A program made the position numbers and the translations under genes. The notes below the pieces were generated by a model, which ran no database searches, was not told where the DNA came from, and worked only from the letters and a program-made list of their open reading frames with translations. This document shows positions 22,454-36,400 of a DNA stretch of 64,000 nucleotides, in pieces; the stretch's first letter is position 1; each line of letters starts with the position of its first letter. The DNA comes from Sphaerodactylus townsendi (Eukaryota), in contig NC_059436.1 in assembly GCF_021028975.2 (NCBI RefSeq), positions 1,612,001 to 1,676,000 of the forward strand. Direction: 5' to 3'.

Positions 22454-23139
22454 CCTCCGCCACGGGATCGCCAGGGGCAGCTGCGCCCACCTGCAGGGCC
22501 CGTTGCGAGGCTGGGGACGGCTGTGCGCCTCCTATCCCGTTGAACTTCAGCTCCGCTTCACTGCCAAGAACCTCCCGCTTCGCCAGCCACCGACTGTGTG
22601 AAGCATCCCGGGCCGGGGCAGGTTGTGGTGCAGATGATGTGAGCAGAGGTTTCCGCCCAGAGGCGGTTTCAACAGGTCTCGGCGGCTCCTCTTATTCGGC
22701 CCTGAGTCTCCCGCGAGTTCCCCGAGCGGTGAGCAAGCCAAAGTTGCGCAAACTTCGCCGTTCAGGCTGCGTGTTGAACAAGTGGGCGGGAGGATGGAGG
22801 AGGGGAAGGAGATACTTCACGCCTGGAAAAAAATAGTGCAGAAAGACTGCGTGAGGTTTACTTACTGTAGGCCTTCAGGAGGAAAAAATGGCAGAAGGAA
22901 CAGTAGCGATCTGAGATCTGCAGGTGACCCCACGACGTGTTGCTAGCAGACGATAGGGAAGACCCCCAACGACTCCTGATGAAGGTTTCAGTGGCAAATG
23001 CCAAAGCAGGATTGCAGCCAAATGTCAAAACGACCAAAGTAACAGCTACAGGGTAATCTCAGAACTCTAAGAAGAAATTGGCACGTGTTCAGGTTTTCTG
23101 CTCCTTGGCTCCATCAACAGTCACTGGGCATGAGACACC

Positions 23140-23306
23140 ACGAAGAAAGCAGGCAGGGCAAAAGTTGATTCCTTTGAAAAGTGCCTTTGGAAGAGTGTTG
23201 TACAAATATCATGGATGACCAAAAAGACAAAAAAGAGGGTTCCAGACCAGTTCAAGGTTGAGCCCTTCTTAGGAGCTAAAATGGCTAAACTGAGGCTATT
23301 GTGCTT
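23140..23306 (+). mobile_element. RTE/BovB-like LINE fragment
   Basis: Translates as KVDSFEKCLWKSVVQISWMTKKT...MAKLRL, resembling the RTE ORF C-terminal IDAFELWCWRRLLRVPWTA motif. Confidence 0.6.
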
Positions 23307-24402
23307 TTAATATTTTAAAATCTTTTATTGTATTGTGACCTTTTGGGTTTATTAAAAACCAATCATAGATTTTGTGGCTGACTTCAAAGCTGATGTTTTT
23401 TTCTATTTAACAATATGCTTCATGTTAATATTACTTGTTTGATATTTAAAGTATTTATTGTTGTTTTGATTTTTTAAAATCCAAACAGCAGCCTGAAGAC
23501 CTATTAAGAGTGCAGGGGATGTTTTATATAAATAAACAGTAGCCCAGGATGGAACAGAGCAGTTGTTATTTAACCTTTATTAAATTGGACCTATTGAAGC
23601 CTGGTGTACCTCCATGTTCAGAAGCAGTCAAACTTTTAATACCGTGCAGAGGGAACAACAAGGGGAGGTTGGCTGCTGTTTCAAGCTTTAGGCCTTACAA
23701 TATAGCTTCGGGGGTCCCTAACTTTTTGGAGTCTGTGGGCACCTTTGGAATTCTGGGTAGTGTGTGCAGTAACAAAATGTGAAGCCAACCATAAAGAGTC
23801 AAGCAGTGAGGTTATGCATAACACTCATAGTAATTCTTCGACATTTAAGGTAGAAGCTCTGTGTAACTGGATGTCTTTTAATCTGCACAACCAATCAGAA
23901 GCTCTGCTGGGCATTAGCTTCACTTGGCCCTGTTCACTTTTTAAAAAAAATCTGGAAGGTGTGTCAGGAAAGGTGTTGGGGACCCTGCCATTTATTTAAA
24001 TTTTTAAATTTATTTGTAGTCTACCTTTCTCTCTGGAACTCAAGGAAGATTATACAAATACTATCTGGAGGATTGGACCCTGATAAACTATTAAATAGGA
24101 TTTGGGTCCTAGAACCAACCAAAAATCTAAAAACAACAGCAAGAACTGAAGCAAAGTTAACATGACACATTAAATAACACAAAATTACACAGTAAGATCC
24201 AAATTACAGCAAACGATATAATCTACTTATGCAGCCCATTAAACTATATGGCATATCACTACATACGTTTTCCCAGTGAGACAGTGAAGCTCCTGTGATC
24301 CATTTTAGGTTGGGGAAAATGTGCATGAGATTGAAATACCAATTGTCCCCTGCAAGCTACTTTCCAAACATGGCATTTCCAGAACAACAGGACCTGCAAC
24401 AA

Positions 24403-24686
24403 TGGGCGTTTCCCCACTCATCAGGATCCCCCCTGTGCCACGCGCTGCTCTCAGCGTGCTGCATCCCTGGCGCACGCCCAGGCGTCCCCACAACCCAGCG
24501 CTCTGCGCGGGGTCACCAAAAGGCACCGTTTTCTCCAGTGCCAGGGATGCCGTGTGCTGAGGGGGCGTGACAGCGGCAGCAGCGAGGCTGCTACGTGGTC
24601 GCCGCCCCTGTCGTGGGGAGTGCCCCGGGACCCCGCACTACTTGAGGAGAGTAATGCGGGGCTTAAGGTAAGTGGGGAAAGGCCCA
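24403..24686. mobile_element. CpG-rich MITE
   Basis: TIRs TGGGCGTTTCCCCACTCA / TAAGTGGGGAAAGGCCCA, 16/18 complementary. Confidence 0.75.
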
Positions 24687-25893
24687 CTCACAAAGACCCT
24701 GTAACATGTAGTTAGGCCCACTGGTTTTTAGTTTTTAAACATTCTTTCACTAAATTATTGTACATGATCAAAGAGTGGTGGTGTAAATTGAGGAAATCAC
24801 CTTGAGAATCACGCTGTTCCCAAATGTAGAACTGTTTTCATTGACCATTGTAGGAAGGAGCTTCAATGAAATCTTTCTGGCTTGTGGCTGTTGGTTTGAT
24901 GCAGGAATGTTCTGGCATTGTGAGATTTTTGTGAGTGTCAACTCCCCTTTTGATTGTTCTCACTCTCATTGCACTTCCTGTCAGGAGAAGAATATTGTTT
25001 CACGTTCCCCACAGAAGAGTCTTGTGGTAACAGGTAGGGATAACCCTTGACATTATCACTGAGGAGGGAGTACTGGGGACTTACATCATTTTAAAAGCAT
25101 TTTTTGTTTACAAAGATACATGATGAAGGCAGGGGCACGCAGGGGGGCGGGGGGTGGGGGGGCAGTAGAGAACAAGCAGAAAAATTATTTTCTCCAAAGC
25201 AAACAGCATGTTGCCCAGAGATAGGCAAGCCTCAGGTTCCTATAGATACTTATGCTAATCATGTGTTTTCTTATCTAGCTTTCATAACCTTTGTAGAGTT
25301 CAGTAGCTTGTCAGGAAAAGCATGGGACTACCTTTTAATCTAACAATTTATTGGTGTAGCTGAATAAATAGTAGATTCATTTCTGTTCCAATCTGGAAGG
25401 AGTGCCAAATTTAGCCTTATAACTTTGATTTGAGAAAAAACATGCGCATAATCAAGGTATATTCCAAGTGCAACTCTTATCTTATCTTTATAATTGCTTT
25501 TGGGGACCAGTAATTTAATTTAGAGGACAATCAGGCATTAAAGTTAAGAAAGATTTATTTCTGTGCCTGTTGCTTTCTCTAGAAAAATTGTAAAGCAAAG
25601 AGTTAATCATGGGTTAATCAAGCAATCAGAGATTTTAGGTGAGATGTCTCTGTACCTACAACACTTTGCATAGCATTCCACCAGCCACTGAAAACCTGAT
25701 TTGTCTTGAACTTTATGTATTTAGCTAAATTTGTTTGAGAAATGTTAGGAGACCTGGCTTTCAGTGCACACATTTTTTCTGTGATTATAGTATCAATTAG
25801 TAAACAAAGTGCCTGACCTAGAAGATTGTGCTGCCCGCAGAGCTGCGCCAACCTAAAGATAGATACCAGGGCAGCCAGGAATGGGCTAGGCCG

Positions 25894-26390
25894 CAGGGGT
25901 AGGGAACCTGCGGCTCTCCAGATGTTCAGGAACTACAATTCCCATCAGCCCCTACCAGCATGGCCAATTGGCCATGCTGACAGAGGCTGATGGGAATTGT
26001 AGTTCCTGAACATCTGGAGAGTTTAGGTTCCCTACCCCTGGGCTGGATGGGAATTGTAGTTCCTGAACATCTGAGAGTCAAGAGGTTCTCAAATCCGTCT
26101 GACTAAGAAGCCAGCGCGCCCTAACCCCATTCTGTTCTGCAAAACGTGTTGTTTGAAGCATGGCAGGGACTTGAAATGGCATTTGTTACGAGTCTCAGGA
26201 ACAACTTTGTCATGTAACTGCATAGTGTGGTCTTTCTTCTGCTCCTCTCCCACTGGCAGTTAAGCCTGGAGTTTGTGAGGTGGCAAATAGAGAGTCAGTG
26301 CCTTGCGCGAAGGGGACTGACATCAACATCAGAGGCTGATGGGAATTGTAGTTCCTGAACATCTGGAGAGCCGCAGGTTCCCTACCCCTG
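25894..26390. mobile_element. Palindromic hAT-type MITE (25894-26040) with two extra right-arm copies
   Basis: CAGGGGTAGGGAACCT...AGGTTCCCTACCCCTG; the arm recurs at about 26043-26078 and 26330-26390. Confidence 0.75.
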
Positions 26391-26532
26391 GGCTAGGGGC
26401 AGGGGCCAGGGCCAACCTTATACAGCTTCCACTGGGCTTTCAGCACAGTGCATTGGAATGCCCCCAGTGCAGATTGATAGCTTTATGGCACGATAACATT
26501 AATTCCGACTCAGCGTTCTGGGAGACAGCGGG

Positions 26533-26622
26533 GTTTTTTTTGCTCTGCCGCTTGCTATACCACCCAGAGCTTCATTGGAGGCGGCATGATGCCATCTTCG
26601 CCATGCTGTCTCTGGCCACTGC
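26533..26622 (+). repeat. Dispersed repeat shared with 39063-39151
   Basis: About 90 nt of visibly homologous sequence (TGCCGC...CCACCCAG.GC...TTGGA...GCATG...GCCATGCT). Confidence 0.6.
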
Positions 26623-28194
26623 GGAACATCTCCCAAATCTGGATTGTGCTGTAATGGCTCTGCAGAGGTTATGCAGGCAAACGATTGCCAGGAATCCAGC
26701 TGTGAACTATGCACAGACCTATCCTAGTATACAAACAATGGCACAAAGTGCTTGTGTGTTTGATTGTGAGATTCATGTGTGCCTCTCCCTAATAAGGGAC
26801 TTGCATCATGGATCTCTGCCAGTCATTCCCTTCACCTGCTGGTTTGGTTGGACAAACAAATGAAAGAGAGGAAGAGGAGTGGTCTCAAGATTTTCCCTGG
26901 CAAGGAGGCAGGTTACAATGTCATGGCTGCTTTCCCTTGCAACCCTGAGGTTGGTGAAGCTAACCACACCTTCAGGTGTTTGCACTGGTCAGTTTCCAAT
27001 AAAAAAACCTATGCAAAAAAGCAGTGACTGGGGGGGTGCTTTCAAGACCCCATTGACCCCAGGTATGATATCCCACTGCCCCCACATAATGATTACATCA
27101 TCTATTCTATGCTATTTTAGGCATTTTTATTTGGAAAAAAAACCATGCTCCCCAGTGATGAAGGTAGTGACAAAGAGCTCACTCATTTGATTGAAGGATG
27201 TAAAGGAAGTTGCAGCCGGGCGGTTCCTCAAGATAACGCTTACGTCCAATGGTCCTGCTAAGCCTTGCCATGACATCACATCTTGTGCTTGAAGGGGTGT
27301 GTCAACAGCTAGGTCAGCACAGTGTCAAAAAACACAACCACATCTGTTCTGTCTAGAATAGCTGCTTTCTGGTCGGTTTTTCTTAATATTCCCTAGAAAG
27401 GGGAAGAGAAGTGACACAGAAATTTCCAAATCAAGGGCTGACTGACAGGAGTTTAGAAATGATTTTTTTTTTAAACTGGAAAGTGATTTCTGGTCCTGTA
27501 GTGCTTACGGCTGGGGGTGGAGGGTCATGCCGTGGAATGCATACATTTCTTCCTCACTCCCTTGCTTTCACATAGGGTAGTGGTACCGTTGTGCACCTTC
27601 TGTCTTTGTTGTATTTTCTCCTAAACCCATTTGATTATGGTATTTTAGGAAAGATTACAGCAAAGCCAAATCAGCTTCTGTGTGAATAGGAAAGTCTGGA
27701 TCTTTCTCACTCCTGTTAACATCAGCGCCATTTTCCATGCCCCAGTCTCCTGTGGTGGTCAGGACTCATCTCCTCTCCTTGTGCCATCTTGGTAACTGAT
27801 AAATTGCTATAATTTATCAATGCTATAGCAATTAGTCAACTGATGAACGCTGAAAAAGAACCAAACCCCAGTGGTGCAGGGGTACATGCCTGACATGAGG
27901 GTCCTGGGCAAGAAAAATTGAGAAATCCTCCCCCCTCGGCAAGCCCTGTTGTTGCTGTAGTTGATAAGCAGCTGCAGCAGCAACAAGGAAAAACTCATTT
28001 TCTGTCCCATAGAAGTTCCCTAGCATCGGGTTGCAAGGCTATGACCCTATGGACACTTTTTAGGATACTGTTTCCATTGATCTCAATGGCATACTGCTGT
28101 AGCCCTAAGCTCAGTTACTAGTGCAGTTTTTGAGTCTTCTTACCCCTGGATGGAGGGAATCAGTAGTGGGGGAGATTTCCCTCCTCATGGCCAA

Positions 28195-28372
28195 GACTAC
28201 TTTATCTTGTCAGATCTCAGAAGCTAAGCAAGGTTGGCCTTGGTTATACTTGTATGGGAGACCATCAAGGAATACTCAGGTCACTTTGTCAAGGACAGCA
28301 ATGGCAAACCACTTCTCTCTTGCCTTGGGTTGCCATAAGTCATCTGCAACTTGACAGCACTTCCATCACCAC
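28195..28372 (+). mobile_element. 5S rRNA-derived SINE
   Basis: GATCTCAGAAGCTAAGCAAGG...TACTTGTATGGGAGACC head with a GCAATGGCAAACCAC tail. Confidence 0.75.
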
Positions 28373-31300
28373 CAGCTGTAGCCCTATGCACTCCATCCTG
28401 AGTGGGCTCCCAATTTCCCAGTTCCTGAGACTATTCTAAGACAATTTTTAAAAACTGTCTGTGGATCATTTTTAGATTTTAGCTTACTCACCATAAATTG
28501 CAGTATATTTTAATTCTATGTGTTATGTGAATCAGGTCTTTTTTGTTTGTTTGTTCCCTTATTACTACTCACTCACAGTAACTGAGATGATGATCAGTGT
28601 TTTTAATGCAGCTATTAGGAACAATTATTCTAGTTGTCTTATTAGAAAAGAGATGTTAAAGTTGAGTGGCTAAGAGACTGAGATGCAACTCAAGGAGTCT
28701 GAGATTTAAATCTTGCCTCTATGTCCGGGGTAGGGATGCCAACCTGCAGGTGTCCTCTGGAATTTCAGCTCATCTCCAGACAATAGAGATCAGTTCCCTT
28801 GAAGAAAATGGATGGACAAACTTCTTTCTCTAAGCTTAGCTTCCATGCTCCATCTGCAGCATTGAGGTAATAATACTCACTGACCAATCAGGATTGCTGT
28901 GAGGTTTACAAAAAGATACTGCCCATGATGCACACTCAATACTGTTTAAATAGTGGATCGCTATAATTAGACAGAGATTGCAAAAGTGGATTGCATCTAC
29001 AATCCGTTAGTTTGGTGCCACAGATTTCTCATAATACTCATTGTTTATAGAGCACTGAGCTGGGGTAGGCAACCTTTTTGTGACCTGAGCACTGAGTGAA
29101 ACACAACACCTACCTGTCCAGATGCTGGCTGATGTGTTGATAAACAAAACTGGGGGAGAGAAAGGTGATGTTGGCCTCAGAGATGGCTTCACCTATGCAT
29201 GAGTGGAATGCGGGTGGGGTCCCACTGGCAACCTCATGTATCTGTCTCTCAGCCTGTGCACACTGAGCATCAAGGCTACATGTTTGCAAAATACAACACT
29301 GACCACAGGGAAAGGGCTGCTGGTACTTACTGTGATGCAGCTAGAAGAAGCTCTGCTTGATGACATCACTGATTCATGCCTAGAGCTCTATTCCTGCCCA
29401 GCCTGGCTTCACTGCATTCTTGTTTTGGGGGTAGAGCAAGAAAGCTGTCACGCTAAGCAAAATGCTCTGGCATGCCAGCATTTGGCACACATGCCAGGAA
29501 GTGTTTATCCCTCCACCAAGTGCTACATGAGATTTAAAAAAGAGAAACCCTGTGCACTATTAGGAGTTAATCTTCTCTTCTCTACCATATTTGGGAGATG
29601 TATCTCTCAGTACTATTTACTGTTGAGCTTGTGCTGTGGAAATGCTAATTGCATCATGAAAGTTAGGATTTGGGGGGAAAGATACATACAAACAGCACGT
29701 CAATTTTTCTGAAACTGACTTCAGTTGCAGCCCTTTGCGCAACTATAAGGCAGTGAAGCCCACTGAACTGAAGCAGGCTGATCTCCGAGCCTCTAAACCC
29801 AAGTTTATGATTCAGGGCTGTTAAGGGCAGGAAGTGCTATTTTTGTTCTTTAGTAAAGAGATGTTACCTCCTTCATAAGTTTCTGCCAGCACCTGACTGG
29901 CAACTCATTTGACGTCTTTGCCAGGGTTCAGAGTGCAAAGTTCATGTTTGTTTTTCACAGATCTGATGTGATAATTTATTACATTTTTCTGACCTCCTTT
30001 GAAGAGCCAAATGAATGCCAGAGGCATCCTCAAAGGGACAGTGCCAATAAATGCAAGTGTCATAGAATAGTTAGAATGTCCTACTAGGATCAGGTTCAAA
30101 TACTGGCTCTGCTACGAAAGTTTGCCTTGGGCCGTTCAACACACTTTCAGTGGTGGTGCCCAAGGAATGGAACTTCCTTTTAGTCTGTTCACCTTCCTGT
30201 TCTGTACATTTCTATCAATGTGTAAAGACTGTTTTTTATCTGACAATGCCAGTAATGCCATTAATAGTGTTTACTGAGCTAGCATTAATTCTTAAGGCAG
30301 GCAAAAGTACAAAAACAATGGTTTATTGTTCTGTGGTTTTTGACTGTTTTGAAAAAAATTGTTTTGATTTTTTTCTTTTGTTTTATCATCATCTTTCCAC
30401 TCCCAGTTTCATTTTGTGAGTCATCTTGAGTTCTTGGTTGAAAAATGATGCATTCACTTGCACACATACACATTCACTTAGTTGTGGCACCACAAAATAT
30501 GTGGACTGGGGAAAGAGAATATTCCAGCTTGGAGTTGCAATGTAGCTTACAAAAGAGATGGATTTTCTTTCAGGTAACATGGGAAGGGGATGGAATGGAG
30601 ATTACAGATCTCTGTCAATCTAATTACAGTTATACTCAGCCCCTGGGTGTTTGATCTTTCTACCCTCACATGCTTTTGCTAATCCAAACTACTCACACAA
30701 TGCTGTTATGGGACCTTTAAAGCAGGAAGAAAAGAAAGGTTGCAAGTTGTAATAGGACTGTAATAGCACAAGGAGTCCTGGTTTGAGTGGTAAAAACCAT
30801 GTGGATGTGAAAGAGTTAACTTTGCCTTCCCAACATCATTCTGATCTGAATGTGGCTGTAATCTGACCTTAAAAGGTGATGGGAAGATCACTCAGCACCT
30901 TTTCTGCTTCCTCTCTAGGATGGGGCAGATGTAGGTTTAAATTCCTGACCAGCTATGAAACTCACTGACTTACCTTGGGTAGCTGTCTCTGTCTCTCTCC
31001 TACCCCCACATTTTAGTAACACATGAATACATTAATAAACAAATACATTAATAAACAAAATTAAGAGGAAACTTGAGAACATATAACATGTTACTGGACA
31101 CATGCCTTTTAAATCTTTCTATGTCTAAGCTGGTGTCCCTTCTGTTAGCTCTTCTTTTCTTTCAGAACTGCAAGGAATTTAGAGCAATGGAGCAATTTAG
31201 AGCAATCTTTGTTTGCATTATATTTCCTCAGCAGAAATATGGCACCTGACTGTGGTTCTCTCTGGATGTAATTGGCTCACCTTGCTGCTTCATCTTTGCC

Positions 31301-31757
31301 CTCAGGTAGGAGTGCTATACCATATATGGCCACATAGTTGTTATGCTGAGTCATTCAGTCACACTTACATGGAATTTCCATCATCGTTGCAGCAAGTAGC
31401 AAATCCTCCAAACGGACATGTTTCCCACCCAAGGATCTGAGTGACAGACAAAGTTTATCTCTCTTATACAGACTTGCTGTACCTATATCTGAAACTGTGC
31501 AACTGACTTTGAATAGGGAAGAGTGACAGAAGAACAAGGTTCAGGGAGATATCGGAGGTCTGTGGGAAAGGGCTGCAAACTTATTGTGGTGCTCTGAAGC
31601 ACGGTTTCCATCTCCCAGTGACGTGGTCAAATGAACTACAAACGAGTGTGATAAAGGAAATAAAAATTAAATTAAATTGCAGGTAGCTGTGCTACGTTGT
31701 TGGGTTTTTTTTAAAAAAGCAACAGGAACACAACATCTTACTTAGGACTAACTACAT

Positions 31758-31903
31758 CTGTGGTGGCGAACCTTTGGCACTCCAGATGTTATGGACTACA
31801 ATTCCCATCAGCCCCTGCCTGCATGGTCAATTGGCCATGCTGGCAGGGGCTGTTGGGAATTGTAGTCCATAACATCTGGAGTGCCAAAGGTTTGCCACCA
31901 CTG
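31758..31903. mobile_element. Palindromic hAT MITE
   Basis: Near-perfect 146-bp palindrome; 8-bp TSD AACTACAT at 31750-31757 and 31904-31911. Confidence 0.9.
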
Positions 31904-33077
31904 AACTACATCATTGTGAAGTGGTGAAATTTTAAGTCCCACCACCAATATCTAGGAAACCAGCCCACGTAGTCCATGTCAGAGCTGCAGATGTCAACTC
32001 TCCACAGATGTTAGCTCTCCACAGACATGATAATGATGATCTTTATGCTCATGACTTCTGCAAACCAAATGACTGTAAAAAGGAAACAAACTCGTGGCAC
32101 CTGAAAGACTGGCACCCCAATCCAGGGGTGGTTGTGGTAGTGAGGTACAATCGGGGAGCAGCATGGGCTCGCTTCAGTTTTTGTTGCCTTCCAGCACCAC
32201 CAGGAAGCCCTCTGCAGGTGGTGCGGTGGCATGAAAGTGGAGCCATCCATAGCCACCACAGCCTCTGGGTTGGGCAGTTAATGAACTAGAGCTCCCTTTA
32301 TGGAACTCAAAAGCCAGCAAAAACTGATGCCTCAAAAAAAATAAAAATAAAGGTGCCACAAGTTCTTGTTAAGGGTTCAGTCATTAAATGAAACAGTGAA
32401 GGGGACAACAGATACCCCTGAATACTATAAACCTGTTATGGTTTAAAGGACTCTGAAGAAACCTTATTTTCATTTTGGACTTTTAAATCTCTTCCCCTTT
32501 TTCTAACTGCCAGAGAGGTTTTCATGTCTGCTAAATAGGAAATACTATCAAAGTTCTTTTCAGTTTCCCGAGCATTTATTTTTCAAGTTAGAAATCCATA
32601 GTCCTTTTCTGAACTTCCTGTTACAGGAAATACGTTGTTTCACGGTTCACAGCAACTGCTTGATAAAACAATAGTGAACATATGCTACAATTAAGCACAT
32701 AGTTGAGTCAGACTTTTTTCCTTAATGGAGTTGTTATATGCTGGGGCCTTTTGTTCCCGCTCAGTACGTTTCTAAGGTTTTCTAACCAGTGAGAATTTAC
32801 AAGCTGGAGCAAAAGTTTGCAGTGTTCATAGCTGGCTCAAAACATTTTGGAGTATGAAGTGGAAGATCTAAGTGACATTTCTGCACTCATTGATTAACAT
32901 GGCTCACAGTCTCCAGAGAGGCTCACCTGTGCAAGTGAAATGGCAGAGAATAACTGCACATGTATACAGCATAAATAAATATGGACCTGCTTGATTTGAG
33001 TCCGCCCATTGTCCAGTAAGCTCAGTGATGGAAGGGCTTCAAGTGATGAGAAGTCAGTGTAGTATACTGATGACACG

Positions 33078-33413
33078 AGGTGACATGATAGCCACATTTA
33101 GATATTTGAAGGAATGTCATGTTGGAGAGGGAGCAAGCTTGTTTTCTGCTGCTCCAGAGACTAGGACCAGGAGTAATGGGTTCAAGGTGAAGGAAAAGAG
33201 ATTACACCTAAACATAAGGAAAAAAACTTCCTGACAGTAAGGGCTGTTCGACAGTAGAATGCACTACTTTGGAGTGTGGTGGAGTCTCCTTTTTTGGAGG
33301 TTTTTCAACAGAGGCTGGATGGCCATCTGTCAGGAGTGCTTTGATTGTGTGTTCCTGCATTGCAGGGCTTGGACTTGATGGTCCTTGGGGTCTCTTCCAA
33401 CTGTGATTCTATT
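33078..33413 (+). mobile_element. CR1 LINE 3-prime fragment
   Basis: RGDMIATFRYLK...RTRSNGFK..KRLHLNIRK ORF2 end and a CR1-type 3-prime UTR ending TGATTCTAT. Confidence 0.85.
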
Positions 33414-36400
33414 ATTAGTGAGCTGGACTAGAATCTTGGAGACACGGGTCTGAATCCTTAATCTGTCATGGAAGGTTGCTGGATGACCTTGGGCCAGTCA
33501 ATATCTTTCAGCATCGCCTACCTCACAGTTGTGAGGATAAAACGGAAGAGGGTAGAACAATGTCATCAACCACTTCAGGTCTCCATCGAGGAGAAAAGTG
33601 GAATATGAGTTATTTTCATTTAAATATGTTAAGGACTGCAAGAGAAAAAGCAGGCGATGACATCACAGTGATCAGCAAGTTTCGTTTGACACATTGTACG
33701 TTATTGTGCATTTTCTTCAGTATCTGCTTTAAAGGTTGTAATCATATGCAAATGTAATCAGAGGAAATGACTAAAAAGTGCTGAGATGAGCCAGTTTTGA
33801 GAAAGCAGCAGATGAACAACAAACAGCAGTTAAAAAACATAACGACTAGAGAGCAATTAGTGATTAAAAACTATTTTTAGTTTTTCCCAGTTTATATCAC
33901 GTGACAGCCTAAACAAAGACATTGTGCCCTGGGAGCAGAGCAGTGTGATTTTAGGTGTGTTGTGGGCTGGGTGGGGTGCTGGAAGTCATCAGCTCCGGAT
34001 CTGCAAGATGAATATCTTGCTGTGACTCAGCTTCAGCTTGCAGCTCTTTGCTTTATTACATAAAAACACTACCTCAAAAGTTTTCTTTCTCCTGATTTTC
34101 CAGTTAGGTATTGGTTTTCTGTCTGACTATACATGCATAAAAATGTTTGAGATGGGGTTACCAATCCCAAGTAGAAAAATTCCTGGAGATTTGGGAAGGA
34201 AACTGGGGAGAGTGGGGAAGGGAAGGGATTGTAATGGTGTTCAGTTCTAGAGTCCACCCCCAAAGCAACCATTTTCTCAGCTGTAATTCTAGGCATTCTC
34301 AAGGCCTTACCTGGAGGTTGGCAACCTTAGTTCAACCTTAGTAAATTGACCAATAGGGAATAAAGCACAACAGGTCTAGTAACTCCAGGCTGATCCTTGA
34401 GGTTGGTAACAGTAACCATATGTTACATATTGGGTTTGACGACCTTGCAGGGGAAGAGCTAGCCAGTACAAGCAAAAGATCCAAGATTCTGTAGTTTAAG
34501 AATAATCAGAGAATCTTCCAAGGGGCAGGAAAACACAGTTTCCCCCCTTCCACCCTGCCTGTGTAATCCTGGGACTTTAAGATATGAATCAGGCTCTTGA
34601 ATGGCAAAGGCAGTCTGTTGTTGACTCAGATTTACCAATAATGTTTGTCAGAAAAGTTGTATATGAACATACATGGGGAATTTTGCTGAGTCATCTCTCA
34701 CAAATGGTTGTCAACATTGCCTCTCCCAAAAACAAGGCTATTCTTCTGCTTTAGTCAATCAAGCCAGACGGTGTCTTGAGGATTTGGGGGCAGAGCTGGA
34801 TTTCAGGCTAAACTACGGTAACTACTGTTCTGGACCTCAGATAATGAAGGAATTCTAAATACAAACAAATTTGCTAAAAATTACTAAATTACCACCCGGG
34901 GGGGGGGGCGTTACTAAAATGTCATTGGTCACTAGATCTTTCTCCTCCCAAAGTAACCAATGCAGATCAGTGTGGATCTTGGAATTTCTTGTTGTCAGGA
35001 AAATAGCATGCAACTTTGTTATGCATTTATTCAGAAAATGTCTGTCCTTTTTGCTCAAACGACACGCAACAGGGTTTACTTAGAGTTGTAAAAGTGAACA
35101 TATATAAATCATCAGTCACAATAAACATAGGATCATAACATTCATGAATATCATAACCGAAATCCGCTAAAATAGCAAATAAATAGTGACATCTTAAAAT
35201 AAGAATAAAGTAAGAATAAAATTTCATTGTGTGTGGGCATGAGTGATTTTATAATAAACCAAATTGTTTTTTGAAGGAAAGGGTTGATAGAAGTACCATT
35301 ACACTGCCTGTATAGGGTGAAGGCTATGTGAATTCCTGTTGCCCACACAGTTCACTTCAGCTAAATCTATGCAGATTCATAAACATTAAAAACACTAGTC
35401 CTCTTGATTTTAGATTAGGTTTCCTGGTTACTTTTGTTGCCATGTATTGATTTTTTTTTCTTGTTAGAGGGGTAGAATTGTGTGATCATGCAATTTTTTG
35501 TTCCTGGAGAGTGTGGTGCCCAAAATACCAGGGTCCAGATTGCACAAAAGTGTTCATCCATTCAGTGTGTGTGTGTGCTACCCACACATACACATATGGA
35601 TGCAAGATTCAGTACATATCTGCATACAGTCTATGAATGTCCAGCAAATAGTTTAACTTGTAATATAGAATGGTATTAGGAGTCAAAGTTTTGCAGGTTT
35701 AAGAGAGGACACATAATTAATTTGATTAAGAAGAAGAAAAAGATTTTGGATTTATATCCCACTTTTCTCAACCACAAGGAGTCTCAAAGCAGCTTACAAG
35801 CTCCTTCCCTTCCTCTTTCCATAACAGATACCTTGTGAGACCAGTGGGACTGAGGGAGAGAACTGTGACTAGTCCAAGGTCAATATATATATATAATGAG
35901 CCAGAGACAGTATCTTGTTTACAGAAGGGAAAAGAACCTGTCTGGCTCCAGTGCGAATTTTAAAACTCTATTTTTAACTAAAATAATTAAAACATTTATA
36001 TAACAGAACCACAACTCTTAAAGTATGCATATTATAAACAACAACAACAAAACAATAAATAATACACACACGGGGATCCCAAATATCAAGTCTTTGTAAT
36101 AAAGTTATCACTTTGAAAGAGATCTACTAATGGTGTAGAAGTGAAGGATACCTACGTCTGACGCCTTTAAATACTCAACTTCCGTAGATGAGTTTCATGT
36201 ATTCATAGATGAACGTGGATGAATGTACACACATCAGGATGTTGATAGAGAAATCATTGGCTAGTGGTCAATATAATTCTGTTGACCACCAGCCAAGGAT
36301 TTCTGTCAACATCCTGATGTGTGTACTCGGGTGGTTTTTACACTCAAATCTCAACTCAAAACCTTTTATTGGCATAATAAACAGTACAGGTTAATAGTGA

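Larger units (their letters stand above)
21200..22800. promoter_or_regulatory. CpG island covering the TNFRSF10-like promoter, exon 1 and proximal intron 1
   Basis: Visibly GC- and CpG-rich against an AT-rich background; GC box GGGCGG near 22784; C/EBP palindrome TTGCGCAA at 22744-22751. Confidence 0.85.

Noticed and set aside
21783-22490. 235-aa minus-strand ORF over exon 1
   Set aside because: Non-ATG start, a different frame from the signal peptide, and it runs through a consensus donor; GC-rich by-product.
24430-24673. CpG-rich patch with AAG|GTAAGT that looks like a first exon
   Set aside because: Lies inside a MITE, and the donor-like motif overlaps its TIR.
31166-31305. Isolated exon-like segment with a strong acceptor
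   Set aside because: Stops in the frames checked, no recognisable product and no partner exons; a lncRNA exon cannot be supported from sequence alone.
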